Below are positions 46,537-55,714 of a DNA stretch of 64,000 bases, piece by piece. Where the stretch lies: positions 32,001-96,000 of IMG/VR virus record IMGVR_UViG_3300049144_000095. One strand, 5' to 3'. The notes beneath the pieces are model-generated. The model saw only the letters and a program-made list of their open reading frames with translations, made no database searches and was not told the DNA's origin. The position numbers and the translations under genes were made by a program. The stretch is from a virus (lineage: Duplodnaviria; Caudoviricetes). Positions within the stretch are counted from its first letter, which is position 1, and each line of letters starts with the position of its first letter.

Positions 46537-47007
46537 TTACTCGTCGGCCACGAGCTTCTTCATGGCCGACTCCAGCTCGTTGCGCCGCTCCTTGGAGGTC
46601 AAGCCCTGATCTCGGGCGGTCCAGGCCAGGGCGAAGCGGCCTACCGGCCGCCAGTCGCCGTTCACCTTCATCGCCTTGACCCACTTCTGGGAGACGGCGG
46701 GCGTTCCGAACTCGTAGACAGACACCATGTCCGTGGTGATGAGCTGTTTGCAGCCGTCGCTCTCAGCCTTGCTGGCGCAGGCGCCCGTGTTGTCGGACGG
46801 GTTGCCGAGGTCGGACACGCCGATTGCGTCGGCCAGCTTGCCCGCCGCTTGCTTGGCGGTGAGCCCACCGGGCTTGTTGTCGGGGGTGGCCGTTACCCTG
46901 CTCGTCGTCTCCTTCGGCTTGCTGTCGTTGTCGGCGCCGGAAGAGCAGGCGGAGAGCGAGAGGGTGGCGGTGATGACGACCGCGACAGCGGTGGTGCGAG
47001 TATTCAA
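46537..47007 (-). CDS. Putative lipoprotein
   Basis: MNTRTTAVAVVITATLSLSAC (lipobox LSAC) followed by an S/T/K/P linker; GAGGA RBS. Confidence 0.8.
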   Translation of the reverse strand: MNTRTTAVAVVITATLSLSACSSGADNDSKPKETTSRVTATPDNKPGGLTAKQAAGKLADAIGVSDLGNPSDNTGACASKAESDGCKQLITTDMVSVYEFGTPAVSQKWVKAMKVNGDWRPVGRFALAWTARDQGLTSKERRNELESAMKKLVADE

Positions 47008-47070
47008 GATTTCCTCGTTGGTAGTGCGATCAAGTCGGACGGCATTTCTAGCATTCAGCAGGGGTGGTGG

Positions 47071-47730
47071 TCACAGCACCTCGATGTTGGAGGTGTCGGG
47101 CTGGTGAGGGTCGACCACGAGCTGCCAGCCCGGGGTCTCCTTACCCATGTAGTGCCTCTCGTGGCCGTCCCGGACGCCTCGGGCGAGCAGCCTGCGTTCG
47201 ACCTCCTTGACGGAGCCCCGGCTCTTGCGCCCGCTCCCCTCGGACACCCAGCCGTTGCGCACCTCGTAGACGTCCCACCGCAGATCGCGTGTCGACTGAG
47301 ATCGCAGGTTCCAGACCTCTACGACTCCGGGCCCGAACTCGGCGCGCAGCGCCTTCTTCAGGCGCTCTTCCGCCTCTGCGGGATCGATGCCGGTGAAGAA
47401 CAGGGAGCTGGAGATACGAGAGCCGCTGGAGCGGATGACCGGCATCTCCTCACCGAGCGGGTCTTCTTCGTAGACCTCGGTGACCTTGACGTGAAACTCT
47501 CCGCCGAAGACGGACCGGACCTTGACCTGCGGGTCCTTCTCGCGGTGCAGGTGATCCCCGTCGCCCATTGCGCGATACGCAGGGATGAGCAGTTGCGACC
47601 TGAAGTCGAAATCCTGCACGTAGACCAGATCGGTCGGTCCGAGGTTGCGAACCTCGTCCGGCTCCATGAGGCGCATCTTGATCAGCGTCTTGCCGACCTC
47701 GGTGCGCGTGTTCTCTCCGCCGAAGATCAT
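47071..47730 (-). CDS. Hypothetical protein
   Basis: 219 aa; AGGAGG RBS. Confidence 0.7.
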   Translation of the reverse strand: MIFGGENTRTEVGKTLIKMRLMEPDEVRNLGPTDLVYVQDFDFRSQLLIPAYRAMGDGDHLHREKDPQVKVRSVFGGEFHVKVTEVYEEDPLGEEMPVIRSSGSRISSSLFFTGIDPAEAEERLKKALRAEFGPGVVEVWNLRSQSTRDLRWDVYEVRNGWVSEGSGRKSRGSVKEVERRLLARGVRDGHERHYMGKETPGWQLVVDPHQPDTSNIEVL

Positions 47731-47808
47731 GGTTCCTCCTATGTCGGACCGGGGGCTTCCCGAGCCGTTGTCGTAGTTGCGACCGGGGGCTTCCCGAGCG
47801 CTGATTCA

Positions 47809-47829
47809 ACCCTAGCATGGCCTAGGTCA
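47809..47829 (-). promoter_or_regulatory. Palindromic box plus -10 element
   Basis: Minus strand TGACCTAGGCCA-tgc-TAGGGT. Confidence 0.65.
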
Positions 47830-47980
47830 CCCATAAAGGCGCGACGGTGAAAGGGCAGGGCGAGTTGCCGACAGCGGGCGGCCCGGCCAGCGGCCCTCCC
47901 TTCGGCGCGTACTGGAGCTACGGCGCAGAAAGTTGGCGCGCGGACCGGGCCGACGGCGCGAGTCGTCAGTCACCCTCGGG

Positions 47981-48136
47981 CTACTCGTCCTTCAGGTAAC
48001 CGTGAATCTTCTTCTCCAGCTCGGACCAGTCGGGATCAGCGGGCACGATGCCGGAGTTGACCTCGTCGCTCTCGGCGAGGAAGTCGAGCATCTTCTGGTG
48101 TGGACTGTCGACGCGGGGTTGTGGCCCGTCCGACAT
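47981..48136 (-). CDS. Small hypothetical protein
   Basis: GAGGAAG RBS; 51 aa. Confidence 0.5.
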   Translation of the reverse strand: MSDGPQPRVDSPHQKMLDFLAESDEVNSGIVPADPDWSELEKKIHGYLKDE

Positions 48137-48143
48137 GGCTTCC

Positions 48144-49964
48144 TCAGTTCGTCTGGTAGTTCGGCAGATGGGGGCCGAGGTGGCCGATGTAGATCTTGCC
48201 GGTCTCGCCGCTGGTGTCGTCGTGAAGATGCATGCGCGGCGCCGGGGGCTTGCCCGAGCCGATCCGGATGTGGGCCTCCATGACGATCCGGCCCGACGGG
48301 TCGACCTCCCGAGGGACCGGCAGCGTGCGCGCGGCAACGAAGCGGGAGTTCATCATCACGCCCTTCGAGTCGACCTTGGAATACCGCGTGGAGGGGATGA
48401 CGCACTCCGCCCTCGGGTCGGACAGGTATGCGTGGAAGTGGGGCACCTCCTCAACGCCGCGCTCTTTCTTCATCCGTGCGTACTCCTCCAGCGCCTGCAA
48501 GGCCTCCCAGGACCGCTGAATCCAGCGCCGCTCACTTGTGTGCCCACGCAGTTTGTCGACCTCGCCGTGGACCGGTCCGAGTACGACATACTCCAGTGAA
48601 GTAGCGCGAGCGAAGAACTCGTCCCACGTCTCCGGTGCGCTTTCCTGAACGGTATCGTGGGTCAGCTCGAAGGTGCTATTGAGACGGGCCAGCTCGCGAC
48701 GCAAGGAAGACACCTCCTGCCTCAAGGTCCGCACGTCATGCTGCTGGGCATCGAGCAGTTCTTCGGCCAGCTCTACTTCTTCTTCGGCTGCTTCCCGGGC
48801 GGCCATTTCACGCCCCAGGTCGCTGTCCCGAATCATGCAGAGGGCGCGATCCAGCTCCCTGCGCAACTTCCTTTCAGACTCCCGGGCCTCTTCTTCTCGC
48901 CTCTTCGACTCGCGCATCTCGGCGAGAAGGTTCTCTCCGGATGCCTTGAACTTCTCGATGAAATCCTTGCTTTCCTTCAAGGCTGAAAGAAGCTTCTCGT
49001 TCTCCTTCTCCAGCTCTTCGAGCCTGTCTGCCGCAGAGTCCATCAACTTCACCCTGTCGGTGTCGGTCATCAGGTTCCAGTCGGCTTCCAGCTCCTGGAT
49101 CGCCTCCGGGTCGGCAACCAAAACTCCGCTGGTCAACAACCTGCTCAGCGCACTAGAGAGAGGGCCGATGTCGCCCAGCTTCATGAAGGAGGGGTTCATG
49201 GGGAACGACAAGTCGGACCGTCGGAGACCCTTTCGACGCTCCGGGGAAAGGACGATAGCTGCCCCACCCGAGGGAAGCTCCGTCCCGTACTTGACCAGAG
49301 TGCGGTTCAGATCTTTCCGCATCGATTCCCCCATGATGCGGACGTCGATGACGCGTCCATACAGGCTGGGGGGCAGTCGGGATATGAGGGGCGTCGGATG
49401 ATTCAAGCCCTCGCTGCCGAGGATTCTGTCCAGATCCATGTCGTCATGCGTAACGACGATGGCGGCGAACTTGAGGTTGGTCATCGAAGACAGCAGGCCA
49501 GCAAACTGTGCGCCCATTCTTGGGTGCAGAAGGTTGTACCCGACGTACTCCAGGCTTGCGTAGCGTGGATTCGACTTGCGATCCAGGAAGACAGACAATG
49601 GGGACGGCCATGCCGGATTCCACGGACGATCCGCCTTGGCGTACGCGTGAAAGAATCCGGACCTCGGATTATCGGCCGGGTCGTACTCGTGCGGCTCGAT
49701 GGCTGGCTGCTGTCGCTGGCTGGTCGCCCCCGGCTTGACATCATGCACGTTCAGACGGCCACGGACCTGCGCACCGTCCGGGGTGACCCATACGGCATCG
49801 TAGGACCACCAGCCTCCCGACACCTTCGTGTCGAGATGCGGCTCGTGCAGGATGACGTGTTTGTTGGCGGCCACCCGCTTTGCCACTTGCTCCACACTGG
49901 GCAGCACGTCCATGTTGCCCGTGGTATGCCAACCGGTCTCGTACGATGGATCTTTCTTCGGCAT
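48144..49964 (-). CDS. 606-aa coiled-coil protein with a conserved-looking C-terminal domain (candidate defence effector)
   Basis: GAAAGGAAAG RBS; long central coiled coil; C-terminal MEAHIRIG..PPAPRMHLHDDT...KIYIGHLGPHLPN. Confidence 0.8.
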   Translation of the reverse strand: MPKKDPSYETGWHTTGNMDVLPSVEQVAKRVAANKHVILHEPHLDTKVSGGWWSYDAVWVTPDGAQVRGRLNVHDVKPGATSQRQQPAIEPHEYDPADNPRSGFFHAYAKADRPWNPAWPSPLSVFLDRKSNPRYASLEYVGYNLLHPRMGAQFAGLLSSMTNLKFAAIVVTHDDMDLDRILGSEGLNHPTPLISRLPPSLYGRVIDVRIMGESMRKDLNRTLVKYGTELPSGGAAIVLSPERRKGLRRSDLSFPMNPSFMKLGDIGPLSSALSRLLTSGVLVADPEAIQELEADWNLMTDTDRVKLMDSAADRLEELEKENEKLLSALKESKDFIEKFKASGENLLAEMRESKRREEEARESERKLRRELDRALCMIRDSDLGREMAAREAAEEEVELAEELLDAQQHDVRTLRQEVSSLRRELARLNSTFELTHDTVQESAPETWDEFFARATSLEYVVLGPVHGEVDKLRGHTSERRWIQRSWEALQALEEYARMKKERGVEEVPHFHAYLSDPRAECVIPSTRYSKVDSKGVMMNSRFVAARTLPVPREVDPSGRIVMEAHIRIGSGKPPAPRMHLHDDTSGETGKIYIGHLGPHLPNYQTN

Positions 49965-50058
49965 GTCCTGAATCTTTCCTTTCGCTCAAGTACATCTTGC
50001 ACCCTGCCACTGACAGAGGTGCCAAAAGTCCCGAAAGGACGCCTGGCACCTCTGCTGA

Positions 50059-50265
50059 TCACTTCTCCGAGGCTTCGGCCGCTGCCACGACGGCCGCCGC
50101 GTTCAGTTCCGGCCCGGCATCCGGTCCCTGGTAGTTGCCGCCGCAGGAGCAGTGGTGACCGTCGTAGATGTAGCAGTACTTGAAGTGCGGGCCGCCAGGC
50201 AGACGGTTGTTGTTCAGGACGGTCTGAAGGGTCAGGAAGTTCACGGTCGATGTCCTCTCGCTCAT
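50059..50265 (-). CDS. Small hypothetical protein
   Basis: 68 aa; GGAG RBS; coupled operon. Confidence 0.55.
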   Translation of the reverse strand: MSERTSTVNFLTLQTVLNNNRLPGGPHFKYCYIYDGHHCSCGGNYQGPDAGPELNAAAVVAAAEASEK

Positions 50266-50272
50266 GACGGTC

Positions 50273-50509
50273 TCACTCCTTGTCGGCGAAGGCGCTGCCG
50301 CCCTGGCTCTCCAGCTCGGCGAGACGCACCAAGTCGCTGGCGGCGCGATTGGTCACGCCGTATTTCTTGCGAAGGAAGGTGGCGGCGAGGCGCAGTGTCC
50401 CTTCATGTCCCTGCTCGGCCTTCAGGTCAGCCACCAGCTCTTCGGCGCGCTGGAGACCGACCTTCTCCGTCAGGAGGTGGATGATTTGGTCTTCGGCGGA
50501 TGCGGTCAC
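50273..50509 (-). CDS. Small hypothetical protein
   Basis: Helical 78 aa; GAGGG upstream. Confidence 0.5.
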   Translation of the reverse strand: MTASAEDQIIHLLTEKVGLQRAEELVADLKAEQGHEGTLRLAATFLRKKYGVTNRAASDLVRLAELESQGGSAFADKE

Positions 50510-50555
50510 GCTCGGTACCCTCGTTCCTTGTTGATCCTTGAGGCGCTGTCGATGT

Positions 50556-50879
50556 TCACGTTTCCTGTGCAAGCTTGCGCGCATGGGCCTCGACGAGGTC
50601 CGCCAGTCCAAGGAGGGACCGCGCGATCCCGCCGGACCAGTCGTGCCCCTCGCGACGAATGGCCTCCGCGTCGCCGGATTGCACGGCAGCGTCCACCATC
50701 TCGCGGACTCGATCGGCCACAGGGGCGGCGAGGAGGATGAGATCTTCCCGTACCCGTCGGTGAGCTTCAGCGAGGTCGGCCACATGGCAGATGTCCTCAC
50801 AGGTACCGCCCTTGCCCGGTCCGGTGTGCCAGCCGTTGATGCAGGGCCCGCACAGACTGGACCATCGGTGCTGTGACAT
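50556..50879 (-). CDS. Hypothetical protein
   Basis: AGGAGG RBS; CGPC..HTGP...CEDICH. Confidence 0.6.
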   Translation of the reverse strand: MSQHRWSSLCGPCINGWHTGPGKGGTCEDICHVADLAEAHRRVREDLILLAAPVADRVREMVDAAVQSGDAEAIRREGHDWSGGIARSLLGLADLVEAHARKLAQET

Positions 50880-51109
50880 CAGTCCTCCTGGAAGAACGCG
50901 GGTCCGTCGTACTGTCGGAGCACCAGGCGGCGCCCTTTGTGCTTCTCGCGAGTCGACTGGAAGTGCGACACGGTGTCCTCCAGGGCCGTCTCACCGGCGT
51001 TGCTGCCGAAGCTGATGAGTTCACCAGTGACGGCATCGTGGATGCGGTAGTGCACCCAGTTCAGCTCGGCGGCGGAAGTGAGCGACCTGCCCTGCCAGAT
51101 GTCAGCCAT
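50879..51109 (-). CDS. Hypothetical protein
   Basis: GAGG RBS; coupled. Confidence 0.55.
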   Translation of the reverse strand: MADIWQGRSLTSAAELNWVHYRIHDAVTGELISFGSNAGETALEDTVSHFQSTREKHKGRRLVLRQYDGPAFFQED

Positions 51110-51482
51110 GTCGCGCCTCGGCATCGTTGGCCCGCGCGATCTCGGCCTCGGCCAACTGGTCAAGTTCCGAATCCGCGAGGAGGACGAAAGCCGCCCTGGG
51201 TACCCAGCCGACCGTCGCTTCGACTCCCACCTGACGAACGTTGTCGCGACTTCCTCGCGCCTGATAGGCGCTCTCGAAGTACTTTGATTCCGCTTCCGGG
51301 AACCGGCCGTTCGGTATGGTCTTCACCCGGTAGAGTCGGTCGCCACCCTCGGTGCTGGCAGTGCGATCCGGGGCGGATGCGAGGAGGGCGTTCAGAAGAG
51401 AACAGGCGTCCTCGGCGTCCATCCCGGACCGGATGAGGTGGGTGAGGGTGAGTGATCGGTAGCGTGCGTGGCCGATGCTCAC
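51102..51482 (-). CDS. Hypothetical protein
   Basis: GGGAGG RBS; coupled. Confidence 0.6.
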   Translation of the reverse strand: MSIGHARYRSLTLTHLIRSGMDAEDACSLLNALLASAPDRTASTEGGDRLYRVKTIPNGRFPEAESKYFESAYQARGSRDNVRQVGVEATVGWVPRAAFVLLADSELDQLAEAEIARANDAEARHG

Positions 51483-51751
51483 GAGCCTCCCCCCTTCCGC
51501 TCGGCTGCGTACAGCTCGACGGTCTCCTTGGTGGCCGCGTAGCGTGCGGCGGCTACGATGAACTGCTGAATGTCCTGGGCGAGGGAGTTCACCCTGCCGG
51601 TGGCAATGCCGGAGTCGACGTCCCCCGCGAGGCGGGCGGCGGCTTCTGCGATGTCCTGGGCGTCACGAGTGAGGCTGGCCCTGGCGTTCTCCAGTCGAGA
51701 TGTGAGGGCGCGCTCGACCGTGTACGGAGATGCCTTGTCGTTGTTGTTCAA
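51479..51751 (-). CDS. Hypothetical helical protein
   Basis: GGAGAAGGA RBS; first gene after the promoter at about 51780. Confidence 0.65.
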   Translation of the reverse strand: MNNNDKASPYTVERALTSRLENARASLTRDAQDIAEAAARLAGDVDSGIATGRVNSLAQDIQQFIVAAARYAATKETVELYAAERKGGGS

Positions 51752-51776
51752 GTTCCTTCTCCCTTCCGTGTGTTCA

Positions 51777-51801
51777 AGTCTACCGGAAATGACCTAGGCC
51801 G
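51777..51801 (-). promoter_or_regulatory. Palindromic box plus -10 element
   Basis: Minus strand CGGCCTAGGTCA-tttccgg-TAGACT. Confidence 0.65.
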
Positions 51802-51837
51802 TGGAGGCCGAGTCTCATTGTGGCTACGCTGTTCCCC

Positions 51838-52239
51838 ATGTCTGAGAAATGGGGGGCGGGCGACCAGCCTTGGCTGCGACGCCATCAGCCCGAAGCAACG
51901 TACAACCCGGTTCCAGCATCGGAGCTGTTGCAGTGCCTGTTCTGTGGAGCCAGGACTCTGAAGCGCTCGGCCTCCGACCGCCCCGAGGATTCCAATCGCC
52001 TGGAACTGTACTGCGACAACAGCCGGTGCGATGCCCGCGAGATGGTCTTGCTGGTACTGAGGGACAAGCAGCCCGGACTCAGGGCTGACGTGAAGGCTCT
52101 CCGGCTCGTGGACGACGGCACGCTGGACGTGCACAAGGCCTTCCCGCCCGAGGTGAAGTCGGACGACCTGTTCGACCTCCTGGAAGACCGGCCGAACATC
52201 GTCGGCCGCCGGATGCGCAAGACGTCCACGGACGGCTGA
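51838..52239 (+). CDS. Zinc-ribbon hypothetical protein
   Basis: CLFCG...YCDNSRCDARE; TACGCT 7 nt before the ATG. Confidence 0.65.
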   Translation: MSEKWGAGDQPWLRRHQPEATYNPVPASELLQCLFCGARTLKRSASDRPEDSNRLELYCDNSRCDAREMVLLVLRDKQPGLRADVKALRLVDDGTLDVHKAFPPEVKSDDLFDLLEDRPNIVGRRMRKTSTDG

Positions 52240-52294
52240 CCCCCCATCGGGCGGCCTGCGTCGAGCTGCGGAAAAGTCGCCCGATGCAGGCCGC

Positions 52295-52954
52295 CTAGTC
52301 TTCGAGGTGCGCCGGGGATGCATCGTTCAGCCGGATCAGTTGCTCTTGTGCCTCGTTGCGCTGCCGCAGGTACTCCTCGACTTCGAAGCGTAGGGAGGCC
52401 TCGATTGAAGAGCCAAGCTCGGCGTCGGCATACCGTGCGGCCAGCCGGTACAGCAAGGCTGGCACCTGTTCGCGAGGGATTGTGCCGACGACCTGAACGT
52501 CCGGTCCGACCTTGCTGATCTTGATGTCCCACTCCTGGTCGTTCAGAGCGGTATCCAGGCGCATCTGAAGACGGGTCAACTGATCCGCATATCGACGGAT
52601 CCAGTCAGGGTGCGTGTCCTTCATCTCTGCGATGTGTCGTCCAGCATCATCGACCCACGCCAGAAGCTGTTCGTCGGTGGCGGTGTCGACCATCCACCGA
52701 AGATCCGAACGCAGCGCTTCAACCTCTTCCCTGTGTCGTTGCTGCTCCCGATTGAAGACGCCTTCCGGATGCAACACAAGAAGGAGGCCGCTGGCCGACC
52801 GAGTACCCCAGGTGCACCCACCGCTGGAGCGGTGCCGGTCCGTCCCGTGGCTCCTCGGCAGTATGCAGATCAGAGCTGAACCATCGAGGTCGCGAACGCG
52901 GTCACCGCAAGTTCTGGGGTGAAGAAGACGCCAGAGGGTCCTTGCGAGATTCAT
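52295..52954 (-). CDS. Hypothetical protein
   Basis: 219 aa, mostly helical. Confidence 0.55.
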   Translation of the reverse strand: MNLARTLWRLLHPRTCGDRVRDLDGSALICILPRSHGTDRHRSSGGCTWGTRSASGLLLVLHPEGVFNREQQRHREEVEALRSDLRWMVDTATDEQLLAWVDDAGRHIAEMKDTHPDWIRRYADQLTRLQMRLDTALNDQEWDIKISKVGPDVQVVGTIPREQVPALLYRLAARYADAELGSSIEASLRFEVEEYLRQRNEAQEQLIRLNDASPAHLED

Positions 52955-53024
52955 GGGCCTGAGTATTCCCCAGGTGCCTCTTCCCGCGAAGGCCACGGGA
53001 AGAGGCGACGCCTATGATAGTTCA

Positions 53025-53237
53025 GTGCCAACCGACTACCGCGAGCCCCATGTTGACTGCGACAACTGCGGAGCGCACGCCGACCTCCCCACGCCGCCTG
53101 GCGCCCACTACAGCGTTGGCCGGAAGAAGCTGGCCGAGGCGGGCTGGACCTACCGGCCCAACCATGCTGAGCGGCCTTTGGTCATGCTGCCGCACACGTA
53201 CATCTGGAACTGCCCAGACTGTCCTTCCGTGGACTAG
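53025..53237 (+). CDS. Small zinc-binding hypothetical protein
   Basis: CDNC...CPDC; TATGAT 6 nt before the GTG (leaderless). Confidence 0.55.
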   Translation: MPTDYREPHVDCDNCGAHADLPTPPGAHYSVGRKKLAEAGWTYRPNHAERPLVMLPHTYIWNCPDCPSVD

Positions 53238-53401
53238 AGGCGCCACAGGCCAGCGCAGTGACAGCCGCGCTTGACGCTGTGACGGCGGCCCCAGCCCCAG
53301 AAGATCTCGTCGCAGGGCTGGCAGTACTTCTTCCAGCCGATCTGCCACAGCAGGTACTCCCACTCCGCCTTGACCCACGTCTTTGTTACGGGGTGGGTCA
53401 T
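53234..53401 (-). CDS. Small Trp-rich hypothetical protein (55 aa)
   Basis: ATGA coupling with the upstream ORF. Confidence 0.5.
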   Translation of the reverse strand: MTHPVTKTWVKAEWEYLLWQIGWKKYCQPCDEIFWGWGRRHSVKRGCHCAGLWRL

Positions 53402-53865
53402 GTCCACCACCGTCGGATGTCGGCGCCACGATGACGGGCGTACGCCACCATCTCCTCCATGCGCCTTACGTCCTCATGGGTGCGGCTGGGCCAGGCGCGC
53501 TGAAGGAACCACACCTCCCAGGTGTCGAGCTGGCACCCTTGCATGTCTTCGAACCTGACGGCGACCTTGCATTCGGCTGGGTCGAACTCGGACTCCCGCA
53601 TGAACAGCCGGGCGACGCGAACGCTCGATGCAATGATCATCCGCCGAACGGGCTGGCGCTGCACGCCCTCCCCGTCGTAGCGATAGAACCAGAGCGGCCC
53701 CTCGTTGCCCGGGTTCACCTCGCGACGGTAGACCAGCTTGCGTACTCCGTGACCGTTGCTCGCGTGCATGATCTGGTAGGTCTCCGGGGGGTTCATCGGA
53801 TCCCCGGAGATCACAAGGTCTGTTCCGTCGGCCGGACCTTCCACCAGCCGGACCTCTACGGGCAT
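53398..53865 (-). CDS. Hypothetical protein
   Basis: MPVEVRLVEGPADG...YRYDG module followed by a second domain. Confidence 0.6.
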   Translation of the reverse strand: MPVEVRLVEGPADGTDLVISGDPMNPPETYQIMHASNGHGVRKLVYRREVNPGNEGPLWFYRYDGEGVQRQPVRRMIIASSVRVARLFMRESEFDPAECKVAVRFEDMQGCQLDTWEVWFLQRAWPSRTHEDVRRMEEMVAYARHRGADIRRWWT

Positions 53866-53878
53866 ACCGCCAACCCCT

Positions 53879-54190
53879 TCAGTCGTGTGATCCGATCCAG
53901 TCGAACTGGCCAGGGTCGTCCCGGTACAGGGCGACCAGCGTCTCCTCGTGGGGCTCCAGCGGGGCGCGGCACACCTCGCTGCCGCAACACGGCGACAAGG
54001 CGAATCGGCAGCCGGTCTTGAGGAGCAGCAAGGTGTCCCGGCACTCGGCGCAGAATCCGTGCAGCAGGTTGTCCGGGTCATCCCGCCGGTCGCACCCGGC
54101 ACAGATCGGGTTGACAGGGTTGGCCCGGTCCCAGTCCCGCTTGGCCTTGTGGCGGCCCAAGGCTGCAATGATCTCCCGCTCTTCGTTCAC
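53879..54190 (-). CDS. Zinc-binding hypothetical protein
   Basis: CAGC...CAEC...CC; GAGGGG RBS. Confidence 0.6.
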   Translation of the reverse strand: MNEEREIIAALGRHKAKRDWDRANPVNPICAGCDRRDDPDNLLHGFCAECRDTLLLLKTGCRFALSPCCGSEVCRAPLEPHEETLVALYRDDPGQFDWIGSHD

Positions 54191-54199
54191 GCGTCCCCC

Positions 54200-54604
54200 T
54201 CACAGCCCCTTGCGCAGCTCGTGCAGTGTCGGCCCCTCGCCGTTCTTCGTGCGCCACAGCGTCCACCCGTTGATGACGTTACCCGTCACCGCCTCGGCTG
54301 CCTTCGAGGGAGACCAGAACACTTCGGAATGACCTTCGACCACGATGCCGCCGTTGGCCTGTACCCGAGCCCGCCCAGTGCGCTTCGCCCTCCGCTGATA
54401 GAAGGCCAGCTCCTCTTCCGGCTTGAGGAGGCCTGCCTTGAGCAGTCTGGCCAACTGCCCCTTGATCACAGTTTGGCCGGGAGGCAGTGCAGGTTCGATC
54501 CTGTCGGGTCCGAGCTTGATGCTGATGCTGATGACGTCGGTGGCCCCCGCGTTGGCCAGGCGAGCAATCACCGTGGGGTCAAGATCGATCTTGAGTGTAG
54601 TCAT
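54200..54604 (-). CDS. RAMA-domain (modified-DNA reader-like) protein
   Basis: LARLLKAGLLKPEEEL...ARVQANGGIVV...SPSKAAEAVTG..INGWTLWR. Confidence 0.75.
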   Translation of the reverse strand: MTTLKIDLDPTVIARLANAGATDVISISIKLGPDRIEPALPPGQTVIKGQLARLLKAGLLKPEEELAFYQRRAKRTGRARVQANGGIVVEGHSEVFWSPSKAAEAVTGNVINGWTLWRTKNGEGPTLHELRKGL

Positions 54605-54705
54605 GCGTGCCCCTGTTCGGCTGTTGTCCTCCTGTGCAGCATAGCATTTCAGCGACGCAGGAGGACTGATAGACTAACGCTGCAAGCCGAAGGGGAGGGT
54701 GACCA

Positions 54706-55668
54706 GTGAAAGATCGTCGCGAGGTGGAGCAGGGTGTTCTCGACGAATCCCTGATGGACGAGATCGTGCAGCTCTATGAGGCTGGTGTGCCTATTGCGCA
54801 CATCGTCGCTCAACTGCGTGAACGAGGGCTGGCTGCCAACTGGCACTGGGTCGATGCCGCCCTGGACCGATGCCAGATCATCCGGCACTCCAAGGCTGGG
54901 GTGATTCCCAGGGGGGCGACGGAAGGATTCTCCGTCGGCACACTCAAGCGGATCTGGGGCGAGGTGATCTCGACTGGACGAGGGGATGGCGCCCGTGTGG
55001 TGCGCCGAGGTGACCTTGTTCATCGCCGTCGAATGCGCGCCACTTTTCAGACATACGGCACTTTCGGAGGAAGAGGTCTCCCCGTCGGCGACGACGGACA
55101 TTCCAGGTTGAATAAGTATCTACTGACCGTTCTTGCAGAGCGGCATGCAGAAGGGAAGGGTGAAACTCTGCGCAGTCTGGCCGCGCGCATCAGAATGGAT
55201 GAATCTTCCCTGGCCCACTCCCTTCGAGACGCCGGGTATGTTGTCCAAACCAATGCCGAATGGACAGAACGAGAGCTACAGCGGCTGACCGGCGAGATCG
55301 TCAGCATGTATCGCGATGAAGAGAAGCCCTTGCCGATGATTCTCGATCAGCTTCGGCGGCAGTATGAAGTGTTCATTTCAGAACGCAGGCTGAGGAGTCT
55401 TCTTGAGGGTCAGGATGTCCCCATCCGGACCGAGCACCCTCGCTCGCGACCCGCAAGCATGCCACCTTCCGACTCCCGCTGGCGGAAGATACACGGACGC
55501 GAAGAAGAGCTGGCGCAGTCCATTCTCGACAGGAAACAGACGACGCGAGCAATTGCCGACGAGCTTGGCGTCGATCACATCTGGCTCGCCCAGGCGCTGC
55601 GTCGCACCGGTCATCTGCCTGACATGCCGTTGCACCACTACTGGGCCTGGAAGAAGTCTCAGGGCTGA
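54706..55668 (+). CDS. Multi-HTH DNA-binding protein
   Basis: Several HTH-like repeats (EIVQLYEAGVPIAHIV; GETLRSLAARIRMD; EIVSMYRDEEKPL; TTRAIADELGVD). Confidence 0.65.
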   Translation: MKDRREVEQGVLDESLMDEIVQLYEAGVPIAHIVAQLRERGLAANWHWVDAALDRCQIIRHSKAGVIPRGATEGFSVGTLKRIWGEVISTGRGDGARVVRRGDLVHRRRMRATFQTYGTFGGRGLPVGDDGHSRLNKYLLTVLAERHAEGKGETLRSLAARIRMDESSLAHSLRDAGYVVQTNAEWTERELQRLTGEIVSMYRDEEKPLPMILDQLRRQYEVFISERRLRSLLEGQDVPIRTEHPRSRPASMPPSDSRWRKIHGREEELAQSILDRKQTTRAIADELGVDHIWLAQALRRTGHLPDMPLHHYWAWKKSQG

Positions 55669-55714
55669 CGAGGGGGAAATGAACGAAGATGCCGGGCGAG
55701 CTGACCTTTCCCCC

